Source of the DNA: Eledone cirrhosa
Lineage: Eukaryota
NCBI GenBank assembly: GCA_964016885.1
Contig: OZ024746.1
Coordinates: 97,960,001-98,024,000 of the forward strand
Direction: 5' to 3'
Length of the DNA: 64,000 nt
Below are positions 1-11,340 of this stretch, in pieces. Both the position numbers and the translations under genes were made by a program. The notes beneath the pieces were generated by a model. The model did no database searches, was not told where the DNA came from, and saw only the letters and a list, made by a program, of their open reading frames with translations. The first letter of the stretch is position 1; each line of letters begins with the position of its first letter.

Positions 1-33
<33 letters not shown>

Positions 34-161
34 AATAAATAACAATACAAATAAAATACAGAGTTATTAACTCATATTGATACCCTGCAATTATCAAGCT
101 CAAAGTATAAATACTGAGCATTATTGGCAGATAAATTATGTAATATTCATTCATTATTTAT

Positions 162-350
162 GGTGGATTGGTAGTATCGGTAGAGGGTCGGACGCCATGC
201 TTTGACGCATAGAGTTACGGCCCTTGCCATTCTGAGTTCAAATCCCGCCGAGGTTAACTTTGCCTTTCATCCTTACGGAGTCGATAAAATAAAGTACCAG
301 TAATGCACTGGGTAATTGCTGGCCTTGTGCCAAAAGTAGAAACAATTATA
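162..350 (+). mobile_element. tRNA-derived SINE family A (representative copy)
   Basis: A-box-like TGG.AGTATCGGTAGAG, B-box GAGTTCAAATCCC, body GCCTTTCATCCTTACGGGGTCGATAAAATAAAGTACCAG (resembles the Meta/MESC central domain, from memory). Other copies at approx. 2551-2733(-), 5800-5965, 11568-11755, 12083-12270, 13875-14085(-), 16825-17022(-), 17640-17800(-), 26350-26490(-), 32620-32835, 33478-33605, 43290-43590, 51528-51735, 54283-54450, 57325-57485, 59140-59316(-). Confidence 0.9.
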
Positions 351-586
351 TTAATATGTGTAGAAGTAAACACAATAAACCCATGTCTAAAATTTCGAGG
401 GTAGATTACACCACAAATGATATATATCAACCTGAATCATATGGGATGTTACAACAAATATATATATTTATAACAGATTCGAAGCACTCGACAAGTTTTC
501 TGGAGTAAAATATCAATGATATTATAAAACTTGAACCGTTAAGGTCTCATTCCTGGATATGTCACTATTTATAAAACAAGCTTTGT

Positions 587-642
587 ATTTTATCTGATAA
601 GAGCGTATAAGTTTTGGTAGCCTTGAAATATATATAATAGAA
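587..642 (+). ncRNA. Degenerate hammerhead motif, same family as 1225-1288
   Basis: TTTTAT-CTGATAA(G8A)-...cctt-GAAA-TATATA-TA-ATAGAA. Confidence 0.5.
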
Positions 643-812
643 TAAATATGGTTTTATAAATATAGTTTCCATTTATTAATATCATTGATATATATATATA
701 TATATACTGAAGTAAAAGTTAAGTGGAAATATCCAAGAGGACGAGTTTAGTATAAATAATTACATCAGTGACATAGATTTAAAAAAAATTTTTTTTTTAA
801 TTTTTTCTCATG

Positions 813-861
813 ACAAGCTGAACGAATTGAGGCCCAAAGCCAACGAAACTTGGGTACCTGT
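813..861 (+). ncRNA. Hammerhead-like motif with one-nt core insertion, inside an inverted-repeat element (705-954)
   Basis: ACAAG-CTGAACGA-attg...caac-GAAA-CTTGGG-TA-CCTGT. A related copy at 60132-60184 has palindromic CTTAAG as stem III. Confidence 0.45.
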
Positions 862-1055
862 TTATGTCACTGTTGTAATTATATATACTAAACTCGTCCT
901 ATGGACTGTGTGCTCCTACTCTTGGATATCTCCACTTAACTTTTACTTCAGTATATATATATATATATGATGAGGTCATAGCCATTCAATGGCTATCATC
1001 GAAATATAAATAGCAGTAAATAAAGGATTGAGTTCATGCAATTGACTTATGTTTC

Positions 1056-1094
<39 letters not shown>

Positions 1095-1224
1095 GAGGTT
1101 ATATTTAATTTGTTAGGATCCAACAAGCTTAAACATTTTATAACTGATATAAAGCACTCAACTAGTTTGTGGAGTAAAGATTCAATATATTAATAAATGG
1201 AAACTATATTTATAAAACCATTTT

Positions 1225-1288
1225 ATTTTATTATATATATTTCAAGGGCAACCAAAGCAAATTATGGTGCGCTTTCATCAGATAAAAT
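1225..1288 (-). ncRNA. Minimal type I hammerhead ribozyme motif (Penelope-like terminus)
   Basis: Minus strand: TTTTAT-CTGATGA-aagcgcacca...tggttgccctt-GAAA-TATATA-TA-ATAAAA; palindromic stem III. Confidence 0.7.
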
Positions 1289-1412
1289 ACAGATTTATTT
1301 TATAAATAAATATTGACATACCCGAAAAAAAGACAGCCTTAACGGTTGAAGTTCCCTGGTTGGTGTGTGTGTGTGCGTGTGGGTGTGTGTGTGTGTTGAA
1401 TGCTACTTTTTG

Positions 1413-1676
1413 TCAGAAGAGTGTCATCCTTTCATTGAACATTGCACGATCATGTGCACGCACGTGACTTCTCTGATCGGCTTTTGTGTTGCAGGCATGT
1501 TCAGCTATATGACACTTGAACTGTCTGTCTTCCGGCATTACAGGCTGGTGTGTGTCTTCATGGATTCTAACATGTCTGTTCAGTACACCAGCTGACATGC
1601 AAATTAAGCCTCCACACTCATTACAAATGTACTTCGATGGGCGTGCCGGTAGAACTATCTCACAAGGGGCTCGATT
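1413..1676 (-). pseudogene. Two C2H2-like fingers, probably a LINE C-terminal remnant
   Basis: YICNECGGLICMSAGVLNRHVRIH...FKCHIAEHACNTKADQRSHVRAH; preceded by a stop, second finger degenerate, no TGEKP linker. Confidence 0.45.
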
Positions 1677-1803
1677 TCACTCTGGCTGCTGGCACTCACA
1701 GAGGTCACTTGTCCAGCTCTTCAGAGAAGAAAGCAGCCACTTCATTTGGGTACTTAAGAAAATACTATATATTTTCAACCGTTCAACAGACTGGCAGAGG
1801 TGT

Positions 1804-1846
1804 ACAGTCCTGATGAAGGGTAATGACCCAGAAACATGTTGATTGT
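1804..1846 (+). ncRNA. Minimal hammerhead motif
   Basis: ACAGTC-CTGATGA-aGGGTaatgACCCa-GAAA-CATG-TT-GATTGT; stem I closes with a G-U pair, stem III is the palindrome ACATGT. Confidence 0.6.
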
Positions 1847-1976
1847 TCCTCAAAGCCAATGTTGAACAAACATGTGACGATCGGTCACCGGCACAGCTTC
1901 TACTTGAGTCGTTTGTTTACAAACGAATCGAACATTATTATTAATGTTCGATATAACCCATACGTACATATGTATG

Positions 1977-2047
<71 letters not shown>

Positions 2048-2159
2048 ACTTACATTTATGTATCAGCTGTGCTAGAGCGAGAAATAAAATTCTAATTTTA
2101 TTTTTTCATATATGTGTGTGAATGTGTGCGTTTACAGTAACAGTTTATATCCAGTGACT

Positions 2160-2300
2160 TAGCGTTTTGACAGAACAGGATCGATAAAATAAGTAGCAGG
2201 CTTTGAAAAATATGTACTGGGGTTGATATGATCGACTAAATCCTTTCATGGCGGTGCCCCAGCATGACCCTAGCCTAATGATTGAAACGAGTAAAATAAT
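2160..2300 (+). mobile_element. SINE 3' tail fragment (also ~9010-9060 - and ~60520-60660 +)
   Basis: GTACTGGGGTTGATATGAT.GACTAAATC...GGC.GTGCCC.AGCAT..CC...CTAATGA.T.AAAC.AGTAAAA. Confidence 0.65.
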
Positions 2301-3121
2301 AACGGAATAATGATTTATAATTTAGGCACAAGTCCAACAAATTGATGGTGCGGAGAAGTCGACTATATGAATGAAAGTCAAAGTTAACTTTAGTGGTGGT
2401 CGTGGTGGGATTGGAATAGAGAACTCAGAGTAGGAAAATATACTGCAACCGATGCTGTCACGATTCTTTTTAAACCAAGATAATTTATTTTTAACAAACT
2501 GAAACAGAATTTTATTCACGATTGTATAAATAAATATGAGAAAGAAAGATAATTGTTTCTACTTTAGGCACAAGGCCAGCAATTACCCAGTGCATTACTG
2601 GTACTTTATTTTATCGACCCCGTAAGGATGAAAGGCAAAGTCAACCTCGGCGGGATTTGAACTCAGATCGTAAAGGGACGTAACTATGCTGGAAAGCATG
2701 GCGTCCGACCCTCTACCGATACTGCCAATCCAAGAAAGATAATGCTTTCCAATTTAAACAGTTTTTTTTTTATCTGGGTGGAGTGGTGTGAGGTGAGGTG
2801 AGGCCGCTTAAACCTTTCGACACTAAACCACCCCTGTTTATTTTAATGTGTTTTAAATTTATTTGAAAACATTTCCTCATATTTTAAGGCAAGAACCTCC
2901 TTAAAGTTATGTTCCAAACATCAATTTAATCATGAGAAAGTTAAATCCTTCCCTCCACATTAAAAATTATTTTTTTAATGACATGGAAATTATAAGCAGT
3001 ATTTTTGCAATTGGAAAGGATTAATTTAACGATTAAACTTCATTACTCATTCAATAATTTCGTAGTGAATAAACTTTTGTAAGAAACCAGTAGTGGAGCT
3101 ACTGAACTGGAATGTTTAGAT

Positions 3122-3972
3122 CAGTGATCACCAACAGGTGATCACTACTGGTGGTTCGAGAGAAAATGTTGGTGGCCCGCAGAAAAATTTGGACATTATT
3201 TGCAATTTTTACGTTTTATTAATAACTAGCAGTGGTACCCGACGTTGCACGGGATAAGGTATTTTGGAAGGCGGGTCGCCAACAGACCTAATCGTGGAAA
3301 AACTGCATGCCTGGACAATATGTAAAGGAAATAAACCGAATACTCTGATGGCTGGATAATCTTTAAGATTTTACTCGATGAAGCAGGAAAAATGCAGGTT
3401 TTCATCTAATGCGGGCCCTAGGGGATCAAGAAAATGTGCATTTATGTGCATAATATGACCTAATCGTGGAAAAACTGCATGCCTGGACAATATGTAAAGG
3501 AAATAAACCGAATACTCTGATGGCTGGATAATCTTTAAGATTTTCCTCGATGAAGCAGGAAAAATGCAGGTTTTCACCTAATGCGGGCCCTAGGGGATCA
3601 AGAAAATGATTTTTTTTTTTTTTAATTTCGGGAAAAATCGGCTAGACGTAACGCCTCAAAAAAGCCATAAAAAGCTGAAAAAATGAAGTGTTTCACCTAA
3701 TACGGGCTCAAGGCCCTAACAAAGTTGGATTTTCTTTGCTCACGGTATGAAGAAGAGACTGACTAATACATAGTTACAATTTCAAGGAAATCGGTCTGAC
3801 GTAACGCCTCAAAAAACCCCTAAAAAGCTGAAAAACGCAGTTTTTCACCTAATGCGGGCCCTAGGGGATCAAAAAGTTGAATCTTTTTATGTGCATGACA
3901 CTCCCTGAAACCATAAGTAATACACATGTAAAGTTTGAAAAAAATCGGTTGGGTACTTCTCGAGTTTTAGGG

Positions 3973-4010
<38 letters not shown>

Positions 4011-4270
4011 TCAGTTTTATATATATAGATAAAACAAAATAATATTAATATTCGGTTAAAATATATTTTATAATCCCGCTAAAAAATGTATCTCCTCAGT
4101 AAAGAATTAACATCCATGAAAGAATGTTACACACATGTCATCTATCGACAATATGACACACGTACTCTTTAGTATTGTTTCGGCCATTGACCATTAATTT
4201 ATATTAGTGGTCCGCAGGATTTAAAACTGAATTTAGTGGTCTGTGATGTCTGAAAGGTTGGTGACCACTT
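3122..4270 (+). mobile_element. hAT-type MITE interrupted by the Helitron
   Basis: Termini CAGTGATCACCAAC / GTTGGTGACCACT; after removing the Helitron, it aligns with the intact inverted copy at 46676-47087. Confidence 0.75.
3226..4029 (-). mobile_element. Non-autonomous Helitron
   Basis: The minus strand begins TCTATATATATAAAA and ends with hairpin CCCGTGCAACGTCGGG + CTAG. It is inserted between A and T with no TSD and carries an internal ~172-bp tandem duplication (3286-3430 / 3458-3602). Confidence 0.85.
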
Positions 4271-4378
4271 ATATAGATGAATGGTCGTCGACATTGGCCG
4301 GTAATTTTTATAAGTTGGAATGGGGATGTGATAGATTTTGTGCATTATGTAGTGGGCGGGGTTTTGGAACTCGCACCC

Positions 4379-4669
4379 CAGGATTGGTCTTAGACCTTGG
4401 GGGCATAGGCACTTCAGGGGGGTTTGGGGGGGGAGACTTCAGGTTTTACGGAGAAGGGGCTTATACACAAAAATTAGTACCGTCTACCCCCACCCCCAAG
4501 TTAGCTTGGTGCAAATAACTGGAATTGAAAAGTTATACATACAGGTATTAAATTTAAAAATTCTAACCATCCTAAAACTGAAAAGCCTAGCTGAGGGCAC
4601 AAATAAATTGCTACGGCCCCACTGAAGGGGGCCCGGGGAATCCCCCCCCCCCCATTAAATCCGTCCCTG
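4379..4669 (+). mobile_element. Short DNA-transposon-like repeat; a second copy (~8690-8920) interrupts a SINE
   Basis: Shared core TGGTGCAAATAA.TGGAATTGAAAAGTTATACAT...AAAAATTCTAACCATCCTAAAACT.AAAAGCCTAGCTGAG; CAGG...CCCTG-like ends. Confidence 0.55.
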
Positions 4670-4829
4670 CGTACCCCCTACCACCGTAATTTCTTTTTTC
4701 ACTTTTATGGTATTTTTATTCTTCGGATTTCTACATTTGAATAATAAAAAAGTTAGGTTTTTGTTTCTCTTTTTTTTTTCGAAAATTTTTTCGGATTCTT
4801 ACCTTTGACCCCTGCATAAGGAATTTTAA

Positions 4830-5342
4830 CATTAACCCTAAATGTAATTCCAAATAACCTTAACTCCAATGAACCATAACCCTAACCTTAATCAAACCTA
4901 ACTAACCATTCTTAGCCCTAATTAAACCTAAGCAACCTTAGCTTCAACTACATCTGACCAGTCCTAATTCTCACTAAACCTTATCCTAACCAACGTTAGG
5001 CTTTACTAAACTTCATCCAAACAACCCTAACCGAAACTAAACCTTACTCCTAACCCTAACTAAATCTCACCCAAACAACCCTAACTGAAACTAAACCTAA
5101 CCCTTACTTCTAACCCTAACTAACCCTCACTAAATTTCACCCAAACAACCCTAAATGAAACTGAACCTAACCCTTATTTCTAACCCTAATTAACCCTATC
5201 TAAATTTCACCCAAACAACCCTAACAGAAATTAAATCTAACCCTTACTTCTAACCTTAACTAAAACTAACCCTAATTAATCCTAACCCTCAGCCTAACCA
5301 ACCTTAGATCTCATCCAACCTATTTCTCACACTCACCCTAAC
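4830..5342. repeat. Degenerate CCCTAA-rich (telomere-like) minisatellite
   Basis: Many (A)CCCTAA motifs arranged in a ~65-70-bp higher-order unit (CACCCAAACAACCCTAACTGAAACTAAACCTAACCCTTACTTCTAACCCTAACTAA...). Confidence 0.7.
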
Positions 5343-6786
5343 ATGGACACATGCACCGATTTACACGAGATATTTTACTTCCTTCATTGATGAATTTTAT
5401 CACTGCTACTTTACTATTGATACGTCGATTCATTCATTAGTTGGCAAAACTTAACGTTGTCTCAAAATCATTGAATCTGTAAGAAAACACTAAAGCTGCA
5501 AGATCAAGTAATCTATTTGAGGACCATCGAGGGAATCGCTATGTGGCCGCTCAACTGACTAAATATAGCAGCCATATACCCTCAAATCACGCTCTACCAT
5601 CTTAAAAAAAGAAAAAAGCATAACATAGTTATAAATAGTTGTAAATACTCATAAAAAGAGACGACCTGCATCTTCTGGAATGTCATGAGTTGACTTAGGG
5701 TTTATTAACAACAACAAAACAGGGGAACATTCAATGCTGAATACCTCACAATATGGTCATAGATATATTTATATTACTTGGAATGTAAAGGGTTTTGGGG
5801 TGTCAGTATCGGTAGAGCGTCAAACATGTTTTATGGAATAGGGTTTCGCCTCTTTACGATCTGAGTTCAAATCCTGCCGAGGTTAGCTTTGCCTTTTATC
5901 CTTACTGGGTCGATAAAAGTACCAGTAATGCAAAAAATGTTGGCCTTGTGCCTATATCAGATACCAATATTGTCATCGCCTTCCTTTTTCTATATCTAGA
6001 TACCATTGATATTTTACTGTCATAGCTTCAGATTTGATCAAATAAATGCCAACATTCTTCCTACTTAAACAAACATGAGCATTATCCTAAGTTTAGCAGT
6101 ATTGCTTTATAATTTGACCAATAAAAATGTGTAAATATGGGGAATAAAGTAAGAATAATCACTAGAATTTATCGGAAAAAGTGCCAGAAAAAAACAGAAA
6201 TGGATAAGAATGTGTAAAAAGATGGGAAATAAAAAAAAAAACAAGAATGAAGAAAATTGAAGACAGAAAAATGAAGGTAAGACAGAAAATTACGCGAGAA
6301 AGAAAGAAAAAAAGAAAGTAAATAAAGCAAGGAAAGGTTAGTTGGTTAAAGATAAACTATAAAATAAGAGATAATACAGTGAGATACAGAAGATAGAGAG
6401 GAAAATAAACTAAAATATAAGACAAAGAGGTGAGGAAACTTACAGAGAGAGAGAGATGTAGGTATGTAAAGAGAGGATCAACTTGAATGAAAGGCGAAAA
6501 GATGAATGAAAATATGATTTTATTATGTAAACAAAATATCTGAGACACGAGAAAATGTAAGATTGTAGAGATAATGCCTAACTTAATGGCATTAAATACG
6601 TAAATGGGAAAAGAAATAGCTCCAACTGGGAATTGATTTGTGAAGAGTTTATCTGAAGTCAATATCATTCGCGTTAAACTTTAAATAAATATATTAATTC
6701 ATTGTAAGAGAATTTGTAAAATCGTATTTAAATACAAAACAAACATATATATGAAATGAAAAGAAAATATGTATATGTATATATAC

Positions 6787-7255
6787 CTTGTACTATGGCA
6801 TCAATGTGTTGAAGATTGGAGATAGTAATAGGCAGGATCCCAGAAATAAGTTTGAAGGCTTTACTGCTAACTTTTAAGAACAACAGTTTGCTATCTTTTG
6901 TTACAACTTCACTATTGCAGATTTTAGGGTTACCAAATCCTTTGACTTTGACCACACTGTCGGAATCAACAGTCAGGTTAGGGGGAACTCTATCGTCCTC
7001 TTTAAAAACCTGTCCAACTACAATCTCACATGTGTACATTCCGTTCTTTGAATTTTTCGTTTCCATTTTTTCAACCGTGCCACTAATTACTAAATTGGCA
7101 GAATCAATTTTGGTTTGGAAACTTACATTTTCTTTGCAAGAATCCGAATTCAGATAGAGAGAGAAAACACAATTAAATGTTAAGATAGCCAATAGGTAAA
7201 ATATGATAACATTCCGATAGAAAGGGCCAGGTACCTGTAGCGATTTCAACCTCAT
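6787..7255 (-). CDS. AGRN: First coding exon of an agrin-like gene: hydrophobic signal-like N-terminus + NtA (agrin N-terminal, laminin-binding) domain
   Basis: The translation MRLKSLQ...VIIFYLLAILTFNCVFS-...C-KENVSFQTKIDSANLVISGTVEKM...YTCEIVVGQVFK...VKVKGFGNPKICNSEVVTKDSKLLFL...LPITISNLQHIDAIVQ matches the NtA pattern (A.VV.TGTVE..., V.V.R..K, GFG.P.IC...V...D..IFF, L..ITL.NL). The first ATG is at 7255 (the ORF-track start at 7270 is TTG). Similarity ends at CAAG|GTATAT, a phase-1 donor (469 nt = 156 codons + 1). Downstream exons lie outside the window, so full agrin identity is inferred. Confidence 0.85.
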
Positions 7256-7499
7256 ATTGATTTGATACAAAATTCTCCTGTTGTTATTATTACGAGTAAA
7301 GAAATGTGTGTAAGCTCATATGCTTATAAGATATTTAAGTAACAAACTTTGACTAAGTTCATCCCAACTGGCATAACTACTTCTAATTACACTTGTGATG
7401 TGTGGAGAAAAAGTTGTGAGAAGAAAGACAACATGTAACTAGAAAGTGAATGAAATAATCCTAAAGTGATTAAGAGAATCGTAAAGAAGTTACTGTACT

Positions 7500-7660
7500 C
7501 CTATTGTGGTTGTGCAGTCGCGCCAATCCTTCTTTTCTTTCGCTAAGTATAGAGTCGTCTGGCAGTCGAATCAGCCGGCACATACATAAAACGCTGGAAA
7601 AAGTCGACAATCTGTGTCATTGGCCAAACGATAGTCAGTCTAGATTATATTAGTTGCCTT
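7500..7660 (-). promoter_or_regulatory. Candidate promoter/5' region of the agrin-like gene
   Basis: Non-repetitive, locally CpG-richer patch ~250-400 bp upstream of the ATG, with CCAAT motifs (7523-7527 on +; ATTGG at 7619-7623, i.e. CCAAT on -). Positional inference only. Confidence 0.25.
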
Positions 7661-9199
7661 TACTTGTTAACTATAGTTGTTGTTTTTTATTTATTTATTT
7701 TCCTCACTCCTTCTTTATTTTATTTTTCGTTCTCTTTTGGTTTACTTTTTTTATGAACTTGTCTGTCTACCTGTTCACTCCTATAAATGTACCGGAATTA
7801 CCTCGTCTCTCTCTACCCTGTCTCTGCCTTTCTTTCACAATTCAGCTCACTTCTCTCTCCAAACCCCTCGTTTTTTTTTTCTGTGGTGGGGGTTTACAAT
7901 GTTAAAATGACACCATCACTTATACTCTCTCATCCCCCCTCTCTATTAAACTATCTACATATCTACTGAACAACTCGCTTGTCTCATTAAAATGTCTACA
8001 CATGTTGGCGGTGTTGATTGTGGAGGATAATGAGTGTGGGGTGAGGATAAGGGTTCTCACCCCATAGTTTTATATAATTATAGTTATCTATCTGCCTATT
8101 CATGTGCACACAATACACACACATATTTATATACACACACACACACATTTTTATATATATATATACACACACACACACATATATATATATATACATACAC
8201 ATATATACACACACATAGATACGATACATAGTTATACACAGACACATACACCTTCCCGCATTTTATATATAATATATATTTAATTAGAAAGTGAACAATA
8301 CTAAATATAACTACTCCATTACCAAAGGTTTCTGGATCACAGGCGATATTAATATACAAGATGTCCCACAAAAATGTATACACACTTCAACAGCATTCCA
8401 ATAAAAGTGTGTAATATAGAAAGTACATGGCTTAGTGGTTAGAGCGTCGGGCTTACAATCGTGAAGTTGTGAGTTGGAGTCCCGGACCAGGCTATGTGAT
8501 GTGTCCTTGAGCAAGACACTTTATTTCACGTTTCTCCACTCAGCTGTAGGAATGAGTTGTTACGTCACTGGTGCCAAGCTGTGTAAGCCTTAACCTTGGA
8601 CAACATCGGTGGTGTGGGGAGGGAGTGACTGGTATGCGTGGGCGACAGCTGGTCTTCTACATACAACCTTGCCCTGACTTGTGCCTCGGAGGCTGGGTTG
8701 GATTTAGACGTTGGGTGGCCCCGGGCACTTCAGGTTTGCGGGACCCTTTATATATAAAAAAAAAATTAGAATACACAGCACCCCCCCCCCTCCCATTTTA
8801 CATATCAATCTTAACATGGTGCAAATAATTGGAATTGAAAAGTTATACATTCAGGGATTAAATTCAAAAATTCTAACCATCCTAAAACTAAAAAGCCTAG
8901 CTGAGAGTAAGCCCCGCCCGTAGGGCAACTTTCCAGGTACAAATCCCAATGCGGCTCGTGACCGAAGTGGGTATTTACCCTACCCCCTTATATATACGTA
9001 TATGTATAATTTTACTGGTTTCACTCAGACTGCGGCCATGCTGGGGCACTGATTTCAACAGAATCAATATTCAATAGAATCATATCGACACCAGTATTGT
9101 GTACTTACATAATCGAACTCTTTTTAGTCGAACTGGTTCAAGGCAACGGCCTGCTGGTGAAATTAACTTGTAAGTGTCTGAGCATACCACAGACATGTG

Positions 9200-9795
9200 T
9201 GAAGCGACGTTTTTGGTTGTTGTGGACGAGGACGATAAACACGTCATATACCAGTAATTTGGGTTAGATATATAACTTTACTTCACTTCAGCAAAAAGGA
9301 AAAGGAATATGATTACTTCGAATTATGAAAATATAAAGTTTGATTGTAGCACTTACAAATGAATATAGTGTTCACAAAGGCCTCTGTGTTTGCTGGAGAA
9401 TCTTTGTTTAAAACGCTATGCTCGATTAAAAAGTGACAAGTTGTAGTCAGACAGTATTAGCAGCATAGGTAGTAGTAAGCTCGTAGTGCAAGGAAGCTAT
9501 GTTGTCTATGTTAAGAGACTTTGGGTGAAGTGCTGATGGAAGAATTTCTGTCAGGCTCTTGTCGACAGGGCCGGAGTTTTTTTGTTGCTAAGTGCTACAA
9601 TTTGCTACTTGCTTGAGCAGGTCGAAATGATGCTTCTCTTCCGAGACACCAGAGTCGAATGACCCAAAGAAAAAACTTATCTCACTTCACCTCAAGTTGG
9701 CCAGCCTCTCCAGACTACTGACGCCAACCAAGATAAAGAGAAATAGCAGCCAGATGTCATTCGCGGGTCAGCGTGTGCCAAGAGATTTCACTACA
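9200..9795. mobile_element. Probable solo LTR inserted in a SINE
   Basis: Termini TGAAGCGA...TCACTACA (TG...CA, weak inverted repeat) and 4-bp TSD TGTG/CGTG. It interrupts the conserved SINE segment CCACAGACACGTGTACCCTTAACGTAG, seen intact at 36366-36392. Confidence 0.55.
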
Positions 9796-10699
9796 CGTGT
9801 ACCCTTGACGTAGTTCTCAGGAAGATCCAACGTGACACTGTGAGTGACGAGGCGTACCCTTTGAATTACTGATAACACCCACTTTTCTCAGCTGGACATG
9901 AGCAACATGAAGTAATATGTCACCGGGATTCGAACTCATAACCATACGATAGTGAGCCAAACATAGCAACCTACATATATGGACTTCTACACAGTTTCCG
10001 TCTACCAAATTTCACTGATTTAGCCTGGATCTACCCGAGGCTATAGTAGAAGTCCTTACCTAAGACGCCGCGTAATTAGTCTTAACCGAAACCAGGTAGT
10101 TTACGAAGCGTGGGTGTGTGTGGGTGTGTGTGTATGTATATACACACGTATATACACACATTGATACAGTTCTACGTACATGTATTGGCGTTTCTCATAT
10201 ACATACATCGATACATAACACAAATTTCCCCTTAATTTAATACGCCCTGAGTACCCCGCCCCCTCTTTCAGAAGCTATGTACACAATGTATACATACATA
10301 CATAAATGCACACATACATATATACATGCATACATATATACATACATACATACATATATACACCACACGTATATACATGCATACATACACACATATATAC
10401 ATACATATATATCTACATACGCACGCATGTACACACATACATATATATATACATACACACACGTACATATATATATATACATACACACATATACACACAC
10501 ATACTTGCGTTCATACGTACTATATATACATACATATATCCATACATATATGCATACATATCTACAAATACAAACATACGTACATTCATACATACACACA
10601 TACATACACACATACATACATACACACATCCATCCATACACACACACACATTCATACAGAGACATCCATACACAGACACACACGCGCGCGCGCACACAT

Positions 10700-11340
10700 A
10701 CATACACATACATCCTTACAGACAGACAGACACATACATTCTTACACACACACATACATCCTTACACAGACATACACATACATCCTTACACACAGACATA
10801 CACATACATCCTTACACACAGACATACACATACATCCTTACACACAGACATACACATACATCCTTACACATAGACATACACATACATCCTTACACACATA
10901 CACATTACATCCTTACAGACAGACATACACATACATCCTTACACACAGACATTCACATACATCCTTACACACAGGCATACACATACATCCTTACACACAC
11001 ACACACACACATACATCCTTACACACAGACATACACATACATCCTTACACACAAACATACACATACATCCTTACAGACAGACATACACATACATCCTTAC
11101 ACACAGACATACACATACATCCTTACACACAGACATACACATACATCCTTACACACACACACATACATCCTTACACACAGACATACACATACATCCTTAC
11201 ACACAGACATACACATACATCCTTACACACAGACATACACATACATCCTTACACACACACACACACATACATCCTTACACACAGACATACACATACATCC
11301 TTACACACATACATCCTTACACATAGACATCCTTACATAC
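10700..11340. repeat. 26-bp minisatellite within a long (CA/TA)-rich tract (10277-11340)
   Basis: Unit CACACAGACATACACATACATCCTTA. Confidence 0.9.

Noticed and set aside
1413-1676. Host C2H2 zinc-finger gene
   Set aside because: No canonical linkers, an upstream stop and a degenerate second finger; fits a LINE C-terminus better.
6816-7157. 113-aa plus-strand ORF
   Set aside because: Antisense shadow of the NtA exon.
7256-7270. ORF-track N-terminal extension MYQIN and C-terminal tail GIYTY... (6728-6786)
   Set aside because: The extension starts at TTG, and the tail is read-through past the GT donor into AT-rich intron.
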